A stretch of 64,000 nt of DNA from an uncultured Gammaproteobacteria bacterium. Its GTDB lineage: Bacteria; Pseudomonadota; Gammaproteobacteria; Pseudomonadales; Azotimanducaceae. The position numbers were made by a program, and so were the translations under genes. Of the stretch, positions 62,559 through 64,000 are shown piece by piece (positions within the stretch are counted from its first letter, which is position 1; each line of letters begins with the position of its first letter). The stretch covers positions 51,347 to 115,346 of the forward strand of contig CAWEUM010000007.1 of the NCBI GenBank assembly GCA_963812255.1, written 5' to 3'. A model generated the notes under the pieces. That model was not told where the DNA came from. It saw nothing but the letters and a program-made list of their open reading frames with translations, and made no database searches.

Positions 62559-64000
62559 ATGAAGTATTCGACGAAGACCGGAAAACTCGACGCAATACGC
62601 ACAGATTGTCTGGTTGTCACCGAACGTGCGGCGAGGGCGGTTGGCCGCGCGTTGGGTCTGGAAGACTACGTCGACGCGTCAAATCGAGATTTTATCGACA
62701 AGCCCGGACGGGTCCAACTCATCGCATTGCCGAAATCGTCACCGATTCGACGCCTGCTGATAACCGGCGTCGGGGACAAAGACGAACTAACACAGAGTGA
62801 TTTCCGCAAAGCCCTCGGCGCCATCGGTGGCGCATTGAAGAGCGCGGCGGTCAAGGACGCGGTGCTGGAGGTCGAGACGTTCAAGGTCACCGGCTATGAC
62901 GGCTATCAGAAGGCGCGCGTCGCCTTGGCCATGTTGTCGGCGCAGTTGTATCGATTCACCGCGCAGAAGCGGCAGGACGAACCGCCGTCCGCGCAGATCG
63001 TTCGTCTGGCGCTCCACTGCGGCCAACGCGGCCGCGCCAGCACCGCGCGCGCGGTGCAGCATGCGCAGGCGCTCGATACCGGCCTGATGTTCGCGCGCGA
63101 CCTGGGCAATCAACCGCCGAACGTCTGCAATCCCAGCTATCTCGCGCGCGAAGCGAAAAAGCTCGCGCGGCACGATCGGGTCAGCGTAAAGGTGATCGAC
63201 GAACGCGAATTCGAATCACTCGGCATGGGAGCTTTCGCGGCGGTGACGCGAGGTAGCGCGACGTCCGGCAAACTGATCATCGTCGAATACCGCGGCGCGG
63301 CCGCGAAAAAGCCACCAGTTGCGCTGGTGGGCAAGGGAATCACGTTCGACACCGGCGGCATCAGCCTGAAACTGCCACCGGCGATGGACGAGATGAAATT
63401 CGATATGTGCGGCGCCGCCGCGGTGCTCGGCACGACCAGAGCGGCGATCGACGCAAAGCTGCCGATCAATCTGGTCACCCTCGTCGCGGCGGCGGAAAAC
63501 ATGCCAGGCGGCAATGCGAGCCGTCCCGGCGACGTCGTCAAATCACTGTCCGGACAGACGATCGAGATCCTCAATACCGACGCGGAGGGGCGGCTGGTGC
63601 TGTGCGACACGTTGACCTACGCGCAGCGCTACAAACCGAGTGCGGTGATCGATGTGGCGACCCTGACCGGTGCGTGTGTCGTGGCACTGGGCTCGCACGC
63701 GAGCGGCTTGTTTGCCAACGACGATACGCTGGCGGCCGAATTGCTCGCGGCCGGCGAGTTCGTCGGCGACCGCGCCTGGCGCATGCCGCTATGGGACGAC
63801 TACCAGAAGGCACTGAAGAGCAACTTCGCCGACATGGCCAATGTTGGGGGACGTGACGGCGGCGCGATCGTCGCGGCCTGTTTCCTGTCGCGCTTCACCA
63901 AACAGCTCGCCTGGGCGCACCTCGATGTGGCCGGCACCGCATACGCCAGCGGATCCGCCAAAGGCTCTACGGGACGGCCAGTACCGCTGTTGTTCCAATA
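62559..64000 (+). CDS. pepA: leucyl aminopeptidase (M17), 3' end outside the window
   Basis: Open frame from ATG 62559 to the window end. It is not in the ORF track, presumably because there is no stop in the window. Motifs VGKGITFDTGGISLK and the NTDAEGRL signature. Confidence 0.95.
   Translation, partial: MKYSTKTGKLDAIRTDCLVVTERAARAVGRALGLEDYVDASNRDFIDKPGRVQLIALPKSSPIRRLLITGVGDKDELTQSDFRKALGAIGGALKSAAVKDAVLEVETFKVTGYDGYQKARVALAMLSAQLYRFTAQKRQDEPPSAQIVRLALHCGQRGRASTARAVQHAQALDTGLMFARDLGNQPPNVCNPSYLAREAKKLARHDRVSVKVIDEREFESLGMGAFAAVTRGSATSGKLIIVEYRGAAAKKPPVALVGKGITFDTGGISLKLPPAMDEMKFDMCGAAAVLGTTRAAIDAKLPINLVTLVAAAENMPGGNASRPGDVVKSLSGQTIEILNTDAEGRLVLCDTLTYAQRYKPSAVIDVATLTGACVVALGSHASGLFANDDTLAAELLAAGEFVGDRAWRMPLWDDYQKALKSNFADMANVGGRDGGAIVAACFLSRFTKQLAWAHLDVAGTAYASGSAKGSTGRPVPLLFQ

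Noticed and set aside
62549-62800. Listed 83-aa ORF at the pepA 5' end.
   Set aside because: It is in a different frame from the open-ended pepA frame starting at ATG 62559, which carries M17 aminopeptidase signatures through to the window end.
1-64000. CRISPR arrays, tandem repeats, rRNA/tRNA genes, prophage or integrase genes, toxin-antitoxin pairs and known defence genes.
   Set aside because: None were found by eye on either strand. This was a manual read, so short or degenerate elements could have been missed. Dedicated tools (tRNAscan-SE, CRISPRCasFinder, DefenseFinder/PADLOC) should confirm it.

Overview
This is a GC-rich chromosomal segment (about 60-65% G+C by eye, not computed) from an aerobic proteobacterium. 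The pepA<->lptF-lptG arrangement, ccoNOQP-ccoI-ccoS and the S1/P1 nuclease suggest a gamma- or beta-proteobacterium, possibly Xanthomonadales-like; this is inference only. I can support about 60 protein-coding genes. I found no rRNA, tRNA or CRISPR array.

Landmarks in order:
1. A 5'-partial alpha/beta hydrolase, translationally coupled to a NatAB-like ABC-2 exporter.
2. An amidohydrolase and an acyl-CoA dehydrogenase.
3. The cbb3 oxidase operon ccoNOQP, followed by a tiny FixH-like ORF, ccoI, ccoS and a TauE-like permease. There is no ccoG.
4. Acyl-CoA dehydrogenase, cstA and a 59-codon ybdD-like ORF that falls below the ORF-track cutoff.
5. A nitroreductase, then a P450, hypothetical, VOC and GyrI-like block. 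This block ends at a 4.5-kb nest of four insertion sequences (20294-24789).
6. A GMC flavoprotein / subunit-3 / class II aldolase operon, a TPR protein, tesB and a c-type cytochrome.
7. An ApbE / molybdoenzyme / cytochrome b / methyltransferase operon, then Eis-like GNAT, GST, an MFS transporter and an aminotransferase.
8. A tightly coupled 10-gene minus-strand operon of unknown substrate (40874-52350).
9. cspA, DoxX-like, GIY-YIG, an amidotransferase, a hotdog-like protein, a decayed HAD gene, an S1/P1 nuclease and a thiolase-like protein.
10. A structured promoter-to-terminator RNA candidate, an RDD protein, lptG, lptF and 3'-partial pepA.

The best candidates for something undescribed are the 10-gene catabolic operon, the orphan promoter/4-hairpin/terminator RNA at 59196-59324, and the ApbE-molybdoenzyme-cytochrome b module. 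I did not recognise a phage-defence system, toxin-antitoxin pair, prophage or dedicated transcription-factor gene. All function calls rest on motifs I recognise in the translated ORFs; no database search was possible.
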